The notes below the pieces were generated by a model, which did not search any database, was not told the origin of the DNA, and worked only from the letters and a program-made list of their open reading frames with translations. Below are positions 8,468-16,627 of a stretch of DNA of 64,000 bases, piece after piece. The translations under genes were made by a program, and so were the position numbers. The DNA is taken from assembly GCA_050015155.1 (NCBI GenBank), contig JBEKBY010000011.1:633-64632 (forward strand), written 5' to 3'. This DNA comes from Candidatus Acidiferrales bacterium (lineage in GTDB: Bacteria > Acidobacteriota > Terriglobia > Acidiferrales > UBA7541). The stretch's first letter is position 1. Every line of letters begins with the position of its first letter.

Positions 8468-8851
8468 CCTTCTCTTTTGCTCTTATTGAGTTAGCTGCCT
8501 TGGTGCAACTGCACTCGATTCTCCGGTGAACGACTTCATGGCAAAATCCCCACTTGCTCAAAATCCACGGTCCAGCGATACCACTTCCACATACTCATCG
8601 TCTAGAAGAACCTTCTTTACCTCAGGCGTTTCGTCAATCCAAGTTCTGCGGCTCGCAAAAGTCAAACCGTGGCAGTTGTATTTCCTGGTCGGCGACACAG
8701 GCCGGTGAACCGCATGTGGGTACTGTCGTATGTGAGCAGCCACCTGTAGCGTCGCCCCATAGTGCATGGGCACCCAGGATATTAGATTCCTGATTTGGTT
8801 CTGCCGCCTTGAATCGAGCCTCAATTCGGCAGTTTGTAGAACGAGATGCAC
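8468..8851 (-). pseudogene. hypothetical protein remnant (Cys/His motif, possibly papain-fold amidase-like), frameshifted and 3'-truncated by repeat copy 2
   Basis: ORF 8558-8851 (..YNCHGLTFASRRTWIDE..LLDDEYVEV..) stops. It continues in another frame (..ILSKWGFCHEVVH..) that reads directly into the tRNA-derived repeat. Lower GC than the surroundings. Confidence 0.4.
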
Positions 8852-9279
8852 GCCAGATGACCTTTCCTATTATCACCAGTGATAATTACTTCTGGCGACA
8901 GAGCACATCATATTCAATCGGATACTTCAAATCAACGCAATCGTAATGTGCAAAGACCGTGCAATCGACACTTAAAGTGACACGGATACTATGAGATGGA
9001 ACTGAGAAACGGTACTGACAACCTACGTTCACCAAATCGCTTGGGAGCGGGTCCAGCCGTCGGTTGGACGGCGCGACGCGGCGAAAAATACTCCGGCCCG
9101 GACAACTCACGTCCCACTTTCGTATAACCGTATCATACAGACCAGCAGATTACTTCCGGGTACGCCGTGATCCGGGCACAATCGCCAAAGTGCGGGCAAT
9201 GGCTACGTCGCCGGCTTACGGCGTAGCTGGCTAGGTATTGGGATGCGTTAATGTTTCTAGGGGCTATAATCCAGCCCCA

Positions 9280-12003
9280 ATGACGCTGACCTCTGGCAGT
9301 CGCGTCGGCCCCTACGAAATTCTCTCCGCCATCGGTGCGGGCGGGATGGGCGAGGTTTATCGCGCCCGTGACACGCGACTGGACCGCACGGTCGCAGTTA
9401 AGGTTATCCCCGACACCTTCGCGCGCGACGCGGAGCGCTTGGCGCGGTTCGAGCGCGAAGCAAAACTTCTCGCCTCGCTGAATCATCCCAACGTCGCCGC
9501 AATCTACGGCCTCGAGGATTCTGGAAACACCAGAGCGCTGGTGATGGAGTTGGTCGAAGGGCCAACGCTGGCCGATCGCATCAAGTCCGGCCCGCTGCCG
9601 ATCGATGAAACGATTCTGATCGCCAAGCAAATCGCCGAAGGCCTTGAGTACGCTCATGAGCACGGCGTCGTGCATCGCGATCTCAAGCCAGCGAATATCA
9701 AAGTTTCGCGCGATGACTCGGTGAAGGTGCTCGACTTTGGCTTGGCGAAAGCGGTGGCAGGCGAGGTCGTCGAAACCGATATTGGAACGTCGCCCACGCT
9801 GACCCGAATGGCTACGCAGGCGGGCTTCATTCTCGGCACGGCGGCGTACATGTCGCCGGAGCAGGCGAAGGGCAAATCCGTAGACCGCCGCGCGGACATC
9901 TGGGCGTTCGGCTGCGTGCTGTATGAAATGCTGACGGCAAAAATGCCGTTCCAGGGCGAGACAGTCACCGACACTTTGGCGGCCGTGGTCCGCGCCGAAC
10001 CGGACTGGTCGCAGCTTCCCGCGGCGACGCCGACGCACGTTCGCGTTCTCTTGCAACGCTGCTTGCAGAAAGACCCGAAGCAGCGATTGCGCGACATCGG
10101 AGACGCGCGCATTTCGCTCGAAGAAGTTCTTGCCGGCGCGCCGGAGGCATCGTCAGTTGGGGTTACACCAGTCTCCTCGCCGCTCTGGCGTCGCGTCTTG
10201 CCGTGGGCGCTATTCAGCGCGACAGCGCTGGCGCTCGCGGTGGTCGGATGGGTATACCATCGCAGCGCAAGCACCCCCGGTCCCGCGGCGGAAGCAACTC
10301 GCTTCGAAATCCCTGTGCCGGAGAAGACGACCCTGCCACCCAATGGCGTGTTCTCGTTGTCCCCTGACGGCCGCCAGTTGGCATTTTTTGCAGCCGGTTC
10401 CGACGACGTCTATCGCCTGTGGGTCCGCTCGCTGGGTTCGCTCGAGGCGCGCCCGCTGCCTGGCTCGGAATCTCCCCAATTCCCTCTATTTTTCTGGTCG
10501 CCCGATAGCCGGTACATAGCGTTCGACGCCGGCGGAAAACTCAAGAAAGTCGATATCTCGGGCGGCCCGCCGCAAACCATCTGCGATTTACGTGCGTTGG
10601 TAGTGGGCGGTTCTTGGAACAGCGATGGCGTAATCATCCTCGGGCAAGCGCCCGGAGGCCTGATGCGGGTGTCCGCCGGCGGCGGGTCCGCGTCACCGCT
10701 CACCACTCTCGATTCATCCCGCAGCGAAATCCAACATGTCCTTCCGTCGTTCCTTCCCGACGGACGGCACTTCATCTACCAGCGTACTTCGAGCAAGCCT
10801 GAGAACAGCGGCGTCTACATTGGCTCGCTCGACGCCAAGCCCGAGGAACAAGATTCGAAACGGCTCTTGGCGACTACCTTTGGGACGGCGTTCGTGCCGT
10901 CTTCCGGCCCTGGCATGGGAAAATTGCTCTTTATACGCGACGGGACGCTCATGACGCAGCCGCTCGACATCCACCGGATGGAACTGGCGGGCGAGCCGGT
11001 TACGGTGGCTGAGCAGGTTGGATCCTTCCTCGACTTCGGCTTCTTCTCAGCTTCGACCAACGGCGTTCTGGCTTACAGGACAGGTAGCAGTGGTGCAACC
11101 TCTCAGGTCACTTGGTTTGACCGGCAAGGGAAGACCCTCGGTACGATCGGGGAACCGAATTACACTACCGCGCTGTCCCTTTCTCCGGATGGAACGCAAG
11201 CCGCCGTCAGTCGACGCGATTCCATAGGGTCGAATGAGACTCTCTGGCTGCTCGATCTCTCGCGGGGCACGAGCACGCGGTTCACGTTTGGTCCATTCTT
11301 TGACATTGATCCCATTTGGTCTCCGGACGGCAAGCGAATCGTCTTCGATTCCAGCCGCAGCGGCGCATACGATCTTTATCAGAAGCTGGCGAGCGGCGTG
11401 AAAGACGAGGAGCTTCTGCTGAAGTCGGGCGAGAACAAGCGGCCCACGAGCTCGTCGCGCGACGAACGATTCTTGCTCTATACGGCGTCGGACACGAAAA
11501 CAACGAAGGAAGACTTATGGGTGCTTCCGCTCGAGGGTGATAAGAAACCATTCCTCTTGCTGGGCACGGAGTTCAACAACGGCGATGGTGCTTTCTCGCC
11601 CGACGGACGTTGGGTCGCCTACGTCTCTGATGAATCGGGCCGCAATGAGATTTACGTTCGGACATTCTCGCCGGGCTCCTCCGGGGCTGCTGCGGACGCC
11701 GGAGGCAAGTGGCTGATTTCCGCCAATGGAGGTAGCCAACCTCGGTGGCGCCGGGACGGCAAAGAGTTGTACTACCTCGCTCCCGACGGGAAGCTGATGG
11801 CTGTCGAGATTGCAACGAACCCAGTGTTCCGGGCAGGAGTCCCCAAACTTCTTTTCCAGACGCCGCCCCATGCCGAGATTATTAGGGGATACCAGTGGGA
11901 TGTAACGCCGGATGGCACGCGTCTTCTCTACTTGGCTCCGACGAAACAAGGCGCCGCCCCTTTCACCGTGGTGTTGAACTGGCAGGCGGGGTTGAAGAAA
12001 TGA
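9280..12003 (+). CDS. Ser/Thr protein kinase with one TM helix and C-terminal TolB-like (PD40/WD40-like) beta-propeller
   Basis: Hanks kinase motifs GAGGMGEVY, VAVK, HRDLKPANI, DFGLAK and SPEQ. TM segment VLPWALFSATALALAVVGWVY. Repeated SPDG/WSPDG..IAF/VF motifs. Start set at MTLTSGSRVGPYEI (ATG 9280), not the upstream GTG-type start in the ORF track. Confidence 0.9.
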   Translation: MTLTSGSRVGPYEILSAIGAGGMGEVYRARDTRLDRTVAVKVIPDTFARDAERLARFEREAKLLASLNHPNVAAIYGLEDSGNTRALVMELVEGPTLADRIKSGPLPIDETILIAKQIAEGLEYAHEHGVVHRDLKPANIKVSRDDSVKVLDFGLAKAVAGEVVETDIGTSPTLTRMATQAGFILGTAAYMSPEQAKGKSVDRRADIWAFGCVLYEMLTAKMPFQGETVTDTLAAVVRAEPDWSQLPAATPTHVRVLLQRCLQKDPKQRLRDIGDARISLEEVLAGAPEASSVGVTPVSSPLWRRVLPWALFSATALALAVVGWVYHRSASTPGPAAEATRFEIPVPEKTTLPPNGVFSLSPDGRQLAFFAAGSDDVYRLWVRSLGSLEARPLPGSESPQFPLFFWSPDSRYIAFDAGGKLKKVDISGGPPQTICDLRALVVGGSWNSDGVIILGQAPGGLMRVSAGGGSASPLTTLDSSRSEIQHVLPSFLPDGRHFIYQRTSSKPENSGVYIGSLDAKPEEQDSKRLLATTFGTAFVPSSGPGMGKLLFIRDGTLMTQPLDIHRMELAGEPVTVAEQVGSFLDFGFFSASTNGVLAYRTGSSGATSQVTWFDRQGKTLGTIGEPNYTTALSLSPDGTQAAVSRRDSIGSNETLWLLDLSRGTSTRFTFGPFFDIDPIWSPDGKRIVFDSSRSGAYDLYQKLASGVKDEELLLKSGENKRPTSSSRDERFLLYTASDTKTTKEDLWVLPLEGDKKPFLLLGTEFNNGDGAFSPDGRWVAYVSDESGRNEIYVRTFSPGSSGAAADAGGKWLISANGGSQPRWRRDGKELYYLAPDGKLMAVEIATNPVFRAGVPKLLFQTPPHAEIIRGYQWDVTPDGTRLLYLAPTKQGAAPFTVVLNWQAGLKK

Positions 12004-14798
12004 CGCTGAGCGCGGGCACCAAACTCGGTTCCTACGAAATCACAGGCGCCATTGGTGCGGGCGGTATGGGTGAAGTGTACCGCGCGCGGGATGCCAAGCT
12101 CGGGCGCTATGTGGCGCTGAAAGTCCTGCCCGAAGCGTTCGCGCGTGACGCCGAACGCATGGCGCGTTTCCAGCGGGAAGCGAAAGTTCTCGCGTCATTG
12201 AATCACCCCAACATTGCTTCCATCTACGGACTCGAAGACTCCGGTGCCACTCATGCGCTGGTGATGGAGTTGGTCGAAGGACCGACGCTCGCGGATCGCA
12301 TCAACTCCGGCCCAATTCCAATTAGCGAAGCATTGCCGATCGCCAAGCAGATGTGCGACGCGCTCGAATACGCGCACGAGCGCGGGATCGTGCACCGCGA
12401 CCTGAAGCCGGCAAACGTGAAAGTGACGAGCGACGATGCGGTCAAGATTCTCGACTTCGGCCTGGCGAAAGCCCTTCAAGGTGACTCAACGCCCGCCGAG
12501 AGCGTGCATGTCAGTGATCTTTTGCATCGCATGGAGAACCTTCTCGAAGGTGACAGCCAAGCGACGGACATAGCGAACTCGCCGACAGTGAGCGAGATCA
12601 TGACACGGCCTGGAATATTGCTGGGGACGGCAGCGTACATGTCACCGGAGCAGGCTAAGGGCAAGGCGGTGGATCGGCGCGCAGACATCTGGTCGTTCGG
12701 CTGCGTGCTGTACGAGATGCTGACGGGGAAGATGGCGTTTCACGGCGAGTCGGTAACGGACACGCTGGCGGCCGTCATCAAGGAGGAGCCAGATTGGTCG
12801 CAGCTTCCCACGGCCGCACCGATCCGAGTTCGGGTGCTCTTGCAGCGTTGCTTGCAGAAAGACCCGAAGCAGCGGTTGCGCGATATCGGCGACGCGCGCA
12901 TCTCAGTCGATGAAGTTCTTTCCGGTGCGCCGGACCCAACGTCGGCTGGCTCGGCTGCGCGTGTCAGAACGCGAGCACGATCTTGGATTGTTGGCGGTCT
13001 CACGGCGCTCATGAGCGTGCTTGCGCTTTGTTTCGCCTTCCTCTATTTCCACAAGAAGCCCCCTGCAACGACGGCAGTGCGTTTTGATTTTTCTCTACCC
13101 GAGGAACTGACTGGCACGGGAATTTCCGTGATTTCACCTGACGGCAGCAAGCTCGTGTTTATCGCAACGGGAACAGACGGCGTAACCCGCTTATGGATGC
13201 GTTCGCTCGACGCGCTGCAGATACAGGCTCTCGAGGGCACGGAAGGAATCTACGGGTATCCCTTCTGGTCGCCTGACAATCGATTTATCGTTTTTTTTGC
13301 GCAGGGCAAGGTGAAGAAAACGGCCGCTTCCGGCGGCCCTCCGATCACGCTTTGTGACGCTTCCGTCGTGTGGGGCGGAGCGTGGAAAGGCGAGACGATT
13401 ATTTTCGGAACGAATGAAGGCACGATGCAAATGAATGCGTCTGGCGGCTCACCGGGGCTCATTACCGACGGTGGTTTTTCCGTCACTCCTTCTTTCCTGC
13501 CGGACGGGCGGCATTTCGTTTATTTGCGGAACGTAGTCGAGCACGGAAGGCGAACCTTTGGCATCTATCTTGGCTCCGTAGATACAAAACCCGGCGACCA
13601 GCCTTCGAGGCCGCTTCTACCCGACTTTACATTCGTGGCTTTTGCACCCTCTTTTTCGGATCCACGGCTCGGATATTTGCTGTTTGTGCGGGGAACGACC
13701 GCGGTGGGAACAGTCGGCACATTGATGGCGCAACCTTTCGATACCAGCCGGCTCGAATTGGCCGGTGACGCCATTCCGCTTGCTGAGCGCGTTTCGAATA
13801 CGAGCCTTTCAGCGTCGGGTACAGGTGTTCTCGTCTATGTAGCCGGTGAGCAACAAATACCCGACAGCGTCGTCAAAGGCAACATACGAGGTAAACTCAC
13901 CTGGTTTGACCGCCAGGGAAAAATACTCAGAACGGCCGGCGATCCTACCTTGTACCGCACGCTTTCGCTTTCGCCCGACGGAAAGCGGGTTGCCCTCGAA
14001 GCTCCGAGTCCCCAAGACTTCGATGTCACGAACATTTGGCTGTACGAATTTGGCCGCGGGATAAGAACAAGATTCACGTTCGATTCGGGCTGGGATACAA
14101 GTCCGATCTGGTCACCGGATGGCAGCCAAATCGCATTTGCCTCGAGTAGAAACGGGAATGGGTTATTCGACCTGTACTTAAAACCATCGAATTTGGCCGA
14201 CGACGATCAATTACTCTTCAAATCCAGTGAAAGCAAAATCGTAAGCAGTTGGTCCCGCGACGGCCGCTTGTTGTTTTACGGGGAAGCCGGAAAGACAAGT
14301 CATTTGTGGTTATTGCCGCTTAGCGGTGGCACGGAACGAAAGCCTGTCGAGATCGAACAGACACGATTTAACGAAGCAATGGGACGCTTTTCTCCTGACG
14401 GCCGTTGGATCGTCTACTCGTCGGACGAATCCGGTAAAGACGAAATTTACGTACGGCCGTTTGAGGTTACATCAGTCGCGGGATCATCAGCAGACGGTAA
14501 GCCGGTCGCCGGTAAATGGATGGTGTCCAAAGATGGCGGAACTAGCCCTCTATGGCGCGGCGATGGCAGAGAGATTTTTTTCCTGTCTCCTGACGGAATG
14601 GCGACCGCTGTGGACATCAGCACGAGTGGAGGCTTTCAGGCGGGAACCCCGAAACCGCTCTTCAAAGTTCCGACCGGAGTGCTCTTCTGGGATGTCTCAG
14701 CGGACGGCAAGCGCTTCCTGATGCCTGCGCCCTCCACGAGCAACGTCCAACGCCCCTTCACACTGGTGCTGAACTGGCAGGCGGGGTTGAGCAAATGA
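12000..14798 (+). CDS. Ser/Thr protein kinase with TM helix and TolB-like beta-propeller (tandem paralog)
   Basis: Same architecture and colinear similarity to the 9280-12003 product, including the identical C-terminal LNWQAGL motif. ATG 12000 overlaps the upstream TGA (ATGA). Confidence 0.9.
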   Translation: MTLSAGTKLGSYEITGAIGAGGMGEVYRARDAKLGRYVALKVLPEAFARDAERMARFQREAKVLASLNHPNIASIYGLEDSGATHALVMELVEGPTLADRINSGPIPISEALPIAKQMCDALEYAHERGIVHRDLKPANVKVTSDDAVKILDFGLAKALQGDSTPAESVHVSDLLHRMENLLEGDSQATDIANSPTVSEIMTRPGILLGTAAYMSPEQAKGKAVDRRADIWSFGCVLYEMLTGKMAFHGESVTDTLAAVIKEEPDWSQLPTAAPIRVRVLLQRCLQKDPKQRLRDIGDARISVDEVLSGAPDPTSAGSAARVRTRARSWIVGGLTALMSVLALCFAFLYFHKKPPATTAVRFDFSLPEELTGTGISVISPDGSKLVFIATGTDGVTRLWMRSLDALQIQALEGTEGIYGYPFWSPDNRFIVFFAQGKVKKTAASGGPPITLCDASVVWGGAWKGETIIFGTNEGTMQMNASGGSPGLITDGGFSVTPSFLPDGRHFVYLRNVVEHGRRTFGIYLGSVDTKPGDQPSRPLLPDFTFVAFAPSFSDPRLGYLLFVRGTTAVGTVGTLMAQPFDTSRLELAGDAIPLAERVSNTSLSASGTGVLVYVAGEQQIPDSVVKGNIRGKLTWFDRQGKILRTAGDPTLYRTLSLSPDGKRVALEAPSPQDFDVTNIWLYEFGRGIRTRFTFDSGWDTSPIWSPDGSQIAFASSRNGNGLFDLYLKPSNLADDDQLLFKSSESKIVSSWSRDGRLLFYGEAGKTSHLWLLPLSGGTERKPVEIEQTRFNEAMGRFSPDGRWIVYSSDESGKDEIYVRPFEVTSVAGSSADGKPVAGKWMVSKDGGTSPLWRGDGREIFFLSPDGMATAVDISTSGGFQAGTPKPLFKVPTGVLFWDVSADGKRFLMPAPSTSNVQRPFTLVLNWQAGLSK

Positions 14799-14851
14799 CG
14801 ATTGCGGCGGGGACGAGGCTCGGGGCGTACGAGATTGTTGCGCTGATCGGC
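14795..14851 (+). pseudogene. 19-codon N-terminal stub of a third tandem kinase paralog
   Basis: ATGA overlap with the preceding stop. MTIAAGTRLGAYEIVALIG matches the N-termini of the two upstream kinases. Homology ends just before the GxGxxG loop. Confidence 0.6.
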
Positions 14852-14868
14852 TTTATGTCCCGATGCAC

Positions 14869-15186
14869 TCAGCGGTTTGACCCCGTTCGGCTCCCGTACA
14901 CGGTCACCGTCCCGTCAACAACGTTCGCCACGTAGCGGCCTTCGCTCAGGAATTGCATCACCTTTTTGCCGGAGCGGGCCATCTGTGCCCAACGGGATTT
15001 CGTCTCCGGGTTCTGCTCAAGCCCCCGACTCTGGTTTCCGTCGAACACGAAATCCACCTGCCGCAAGCGGCGCTTTGGAGTCCGCCGAACAATGTAACGC
15101 TCCGTGCCAAGCTCGACCACGTCAGCGTTCTCGACGAGGGCTTGCCGCCAGACCTCCACTAGCGTTTGCTCGAAGGAAGGGTTCAT
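14869..15186 (-). CDS. conserved hypothetical protein (105 aa)
   Basis: Clean ORF with coding-like composition (MNPSFEQTLVEVWRQALVENADVVELGTERY..KSRWAQMARSGKKVMQFL..). No known domain recognised. Confidence 0.65.
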   Translation of the reverse strand: MNPSFEQTLVEVWRQALVENADVVELGTERYIVRRTPKRRLRQVDFVFDGNQSRGLEQNPETKSRWAQMARSGKKVMQFLSEGRYVANVVDGTVTVYGSRTGSNR

Positions 15187-15290
15187 TGCGCGTTCTGATT
15201 CGAGAGCGAATTATACTCTGGGCATCAGGGGGAGGCGCCTCGGAGGGACAAACTGGAAGGGCTTTCGGAGGCGGCATTTCTAAGAATGTT

Positions 15291-15322
15291 GGGGGCCAGG
15301 TTGGCGCTTTAGGCTGGCCCCC
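15291..15322 (-). terminator. possible stem-loop terminator downstream of 15348-15800
   Basis: 9-bp GC-rich stem GGGGGCCAG/CTGGCCCCC with a 14-nt loop, 26 nt after the stop. Only a weak U-tract on the minus strand. Confidence 0.3.
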
Positions 15323-15347
15323 AAATCGTACAAGTCATAATGCGCCC

Positions 15348-15800
15348 TTACTTCTTGGCAACCTCAACCGGAATGGCTTCTGCGTTGCGTGCTTCTTCTT
15401 CGGCAGCTCTTCCGCTCTCCGCGAACGGATGCGCCTTTTGGAAGACCTCGCCGAGGCCCCCCAGCCGCACGGAGTACACTGCGCGCTGGTTTCCGCGGAC
15501 GGTGATGAGCACTTGGCTGTCGTCATTGTCCGTGTTATCGCCGGGCCGCGCAGACTCGCGAGCGACGATCTTGCCGGTGGATGCATCGCGAATGATGATG
15601 GTTCGGGTCGGCTGATCGAGCGCGAGCGAGTACGCCCCGGGGCCCAGCACGGCTTTGCCCCAGTGCACCTCGTGCGTCAGTGTGAACTTGCCTTCGAAGA
15701 GCGAATCGGCATGAGCCGCCGTCGCGAGGAAGCAAGCTGCCAGCAGGACACCCAGGAACAGTTTCAAACTGGCCGAATAACCCGCATGGTTCGTTTTCAT
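15348..15800 (-). CDS. secreted hypothetical protein (150 aa)
   Basis: ATG 15800 is preceded by AAGGAG. Signal peptide SLKLFLGVLLAACFLATAAHA. No domain recognised. Confidence 0.7.
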   Translation of the reverse strand: MKTNHAGYSASLKLFLGVLLAACFLATAAHADSLFEGKFTLTHEVHWGKAVLGPGAYSLALDQPTRTIIIRDASTGKIVARESARPGDNTDNDDSQVLITVRGNQRAVYSVRLGGLGEVFQKAHPFAESGRAAEEEARNAEAIPVEVAKK

Positions 15801-16048
15801 CTTAGTTCTCCTTATTGTGTTTTGGCCGAGTGCGTCTCCGCTGACATCTTGGAGTCCGCATCGTGCCTTCACCCTATAAAGCGAGAACTCGCGGCAAATC
15901 GGCACACCGGAATCGAGGGTTTTTTGGGCGCGGCGCGCCCGGGCCTAGGCCACTTCGCTTCCCATCGCCGGGCAAATTGACTTTGTCTGTCTGGGGCGTT
16001 ACCTTTCTGGTTAACGAATAGTAACTCGTTCGCGGCTGGAGAAGTAAC

Positions 16049-16627
16049 GTGTGCCCGGCTTCGTCCACGCGGATCAATCGGCTGCTTGCCGATTGGGGCC
16101 AAGGCAACGAGCAAGCACGGGAAGCGCTCATACCCGTGGTTTACGATGAGTTGCGCCGGGTAGCGCGCCGCCATCTCTGGCGCGAGCGTCCCGACCACAC
16201 TCTTCAGAGCGCGGCGTTGGTCAACGAAGCGTATCTGCGCCTGGTTCGCCAGGAAGCGCCGCAATGGCAAAACCGCGCTCACTTTTTTGGCGTGGCGGCA
16301 CAACTGATGCGGCACATTCTGGTGGATCACGCGCGCAATCGTCTTGCTGCGAAGCGCGGCGCCGGAACGCCGCGGCTCGCGCTCGATCCGGAGCTTGCCC
16401 CGGCACAGAAGCCGGCAATTGATCTAGTGGCGCTCGATGATGCCCTCGGCAAACTCGCCTCTTTAGACCCGCAGCAGGGCCGTCTCATCGAGCTGAGATT
16501 CTTTGGAGGACTTTCCATCGAGGAGACCGCTGTCGTCTTGGGCATTTCACCGGCCACCGTAAAGCGGGAATGGGCAACGGCCCGCGCGTGGCTGCGTCGT
16601 GAAATGAAGAAGGACGCAGGGACGTGA
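16049..16627 (+). CDS. ECF-type RNA polymerase sigma factor (kinase-associated ECF family, TIGR02999/ECF43-like)
   Basis: N-terminal ..LLADWGQGNEQAREALIPVVYDELRRVARRHL.. and LVNEAYLRLV (region 2). C-terminal HTH EETAVVLGISPATVKREW (region 4). GTGA overlap with the downstream kinase. Confidence 0.9.
   Translation: MCPASSTRINRLLADWGQGNEQAREALIPVVYDELRRVARRHLWRERPDHTLQSAALVNEAYLRLVRQEAPQWQNRAHFFGVAAQLMRHILVDHARNRLAAKRGAGTPRLALDPELAPAQKPAIDLVALDDALGKLASLDPQQGRLIELRFFGGLSIEETAVVLGISPATVKREWATARAWLRREMKKDAGT

Noticed and set aside
8886-9110. 74-aa minus-strand ORF in the AT-richer segment before the kinase array.
   Set aside because: No SD, no motif and odd composition. The region is otherwise full of pseudogene debris.
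9133-10056. 307-aa minus-strand ORF overlapping the first kinase gene.
   Set aside because: Arg/Ala-rich translation typical of the antisense frame of GC-rich genes. The plus strand carries unmistakable Hanks kinase motifs.
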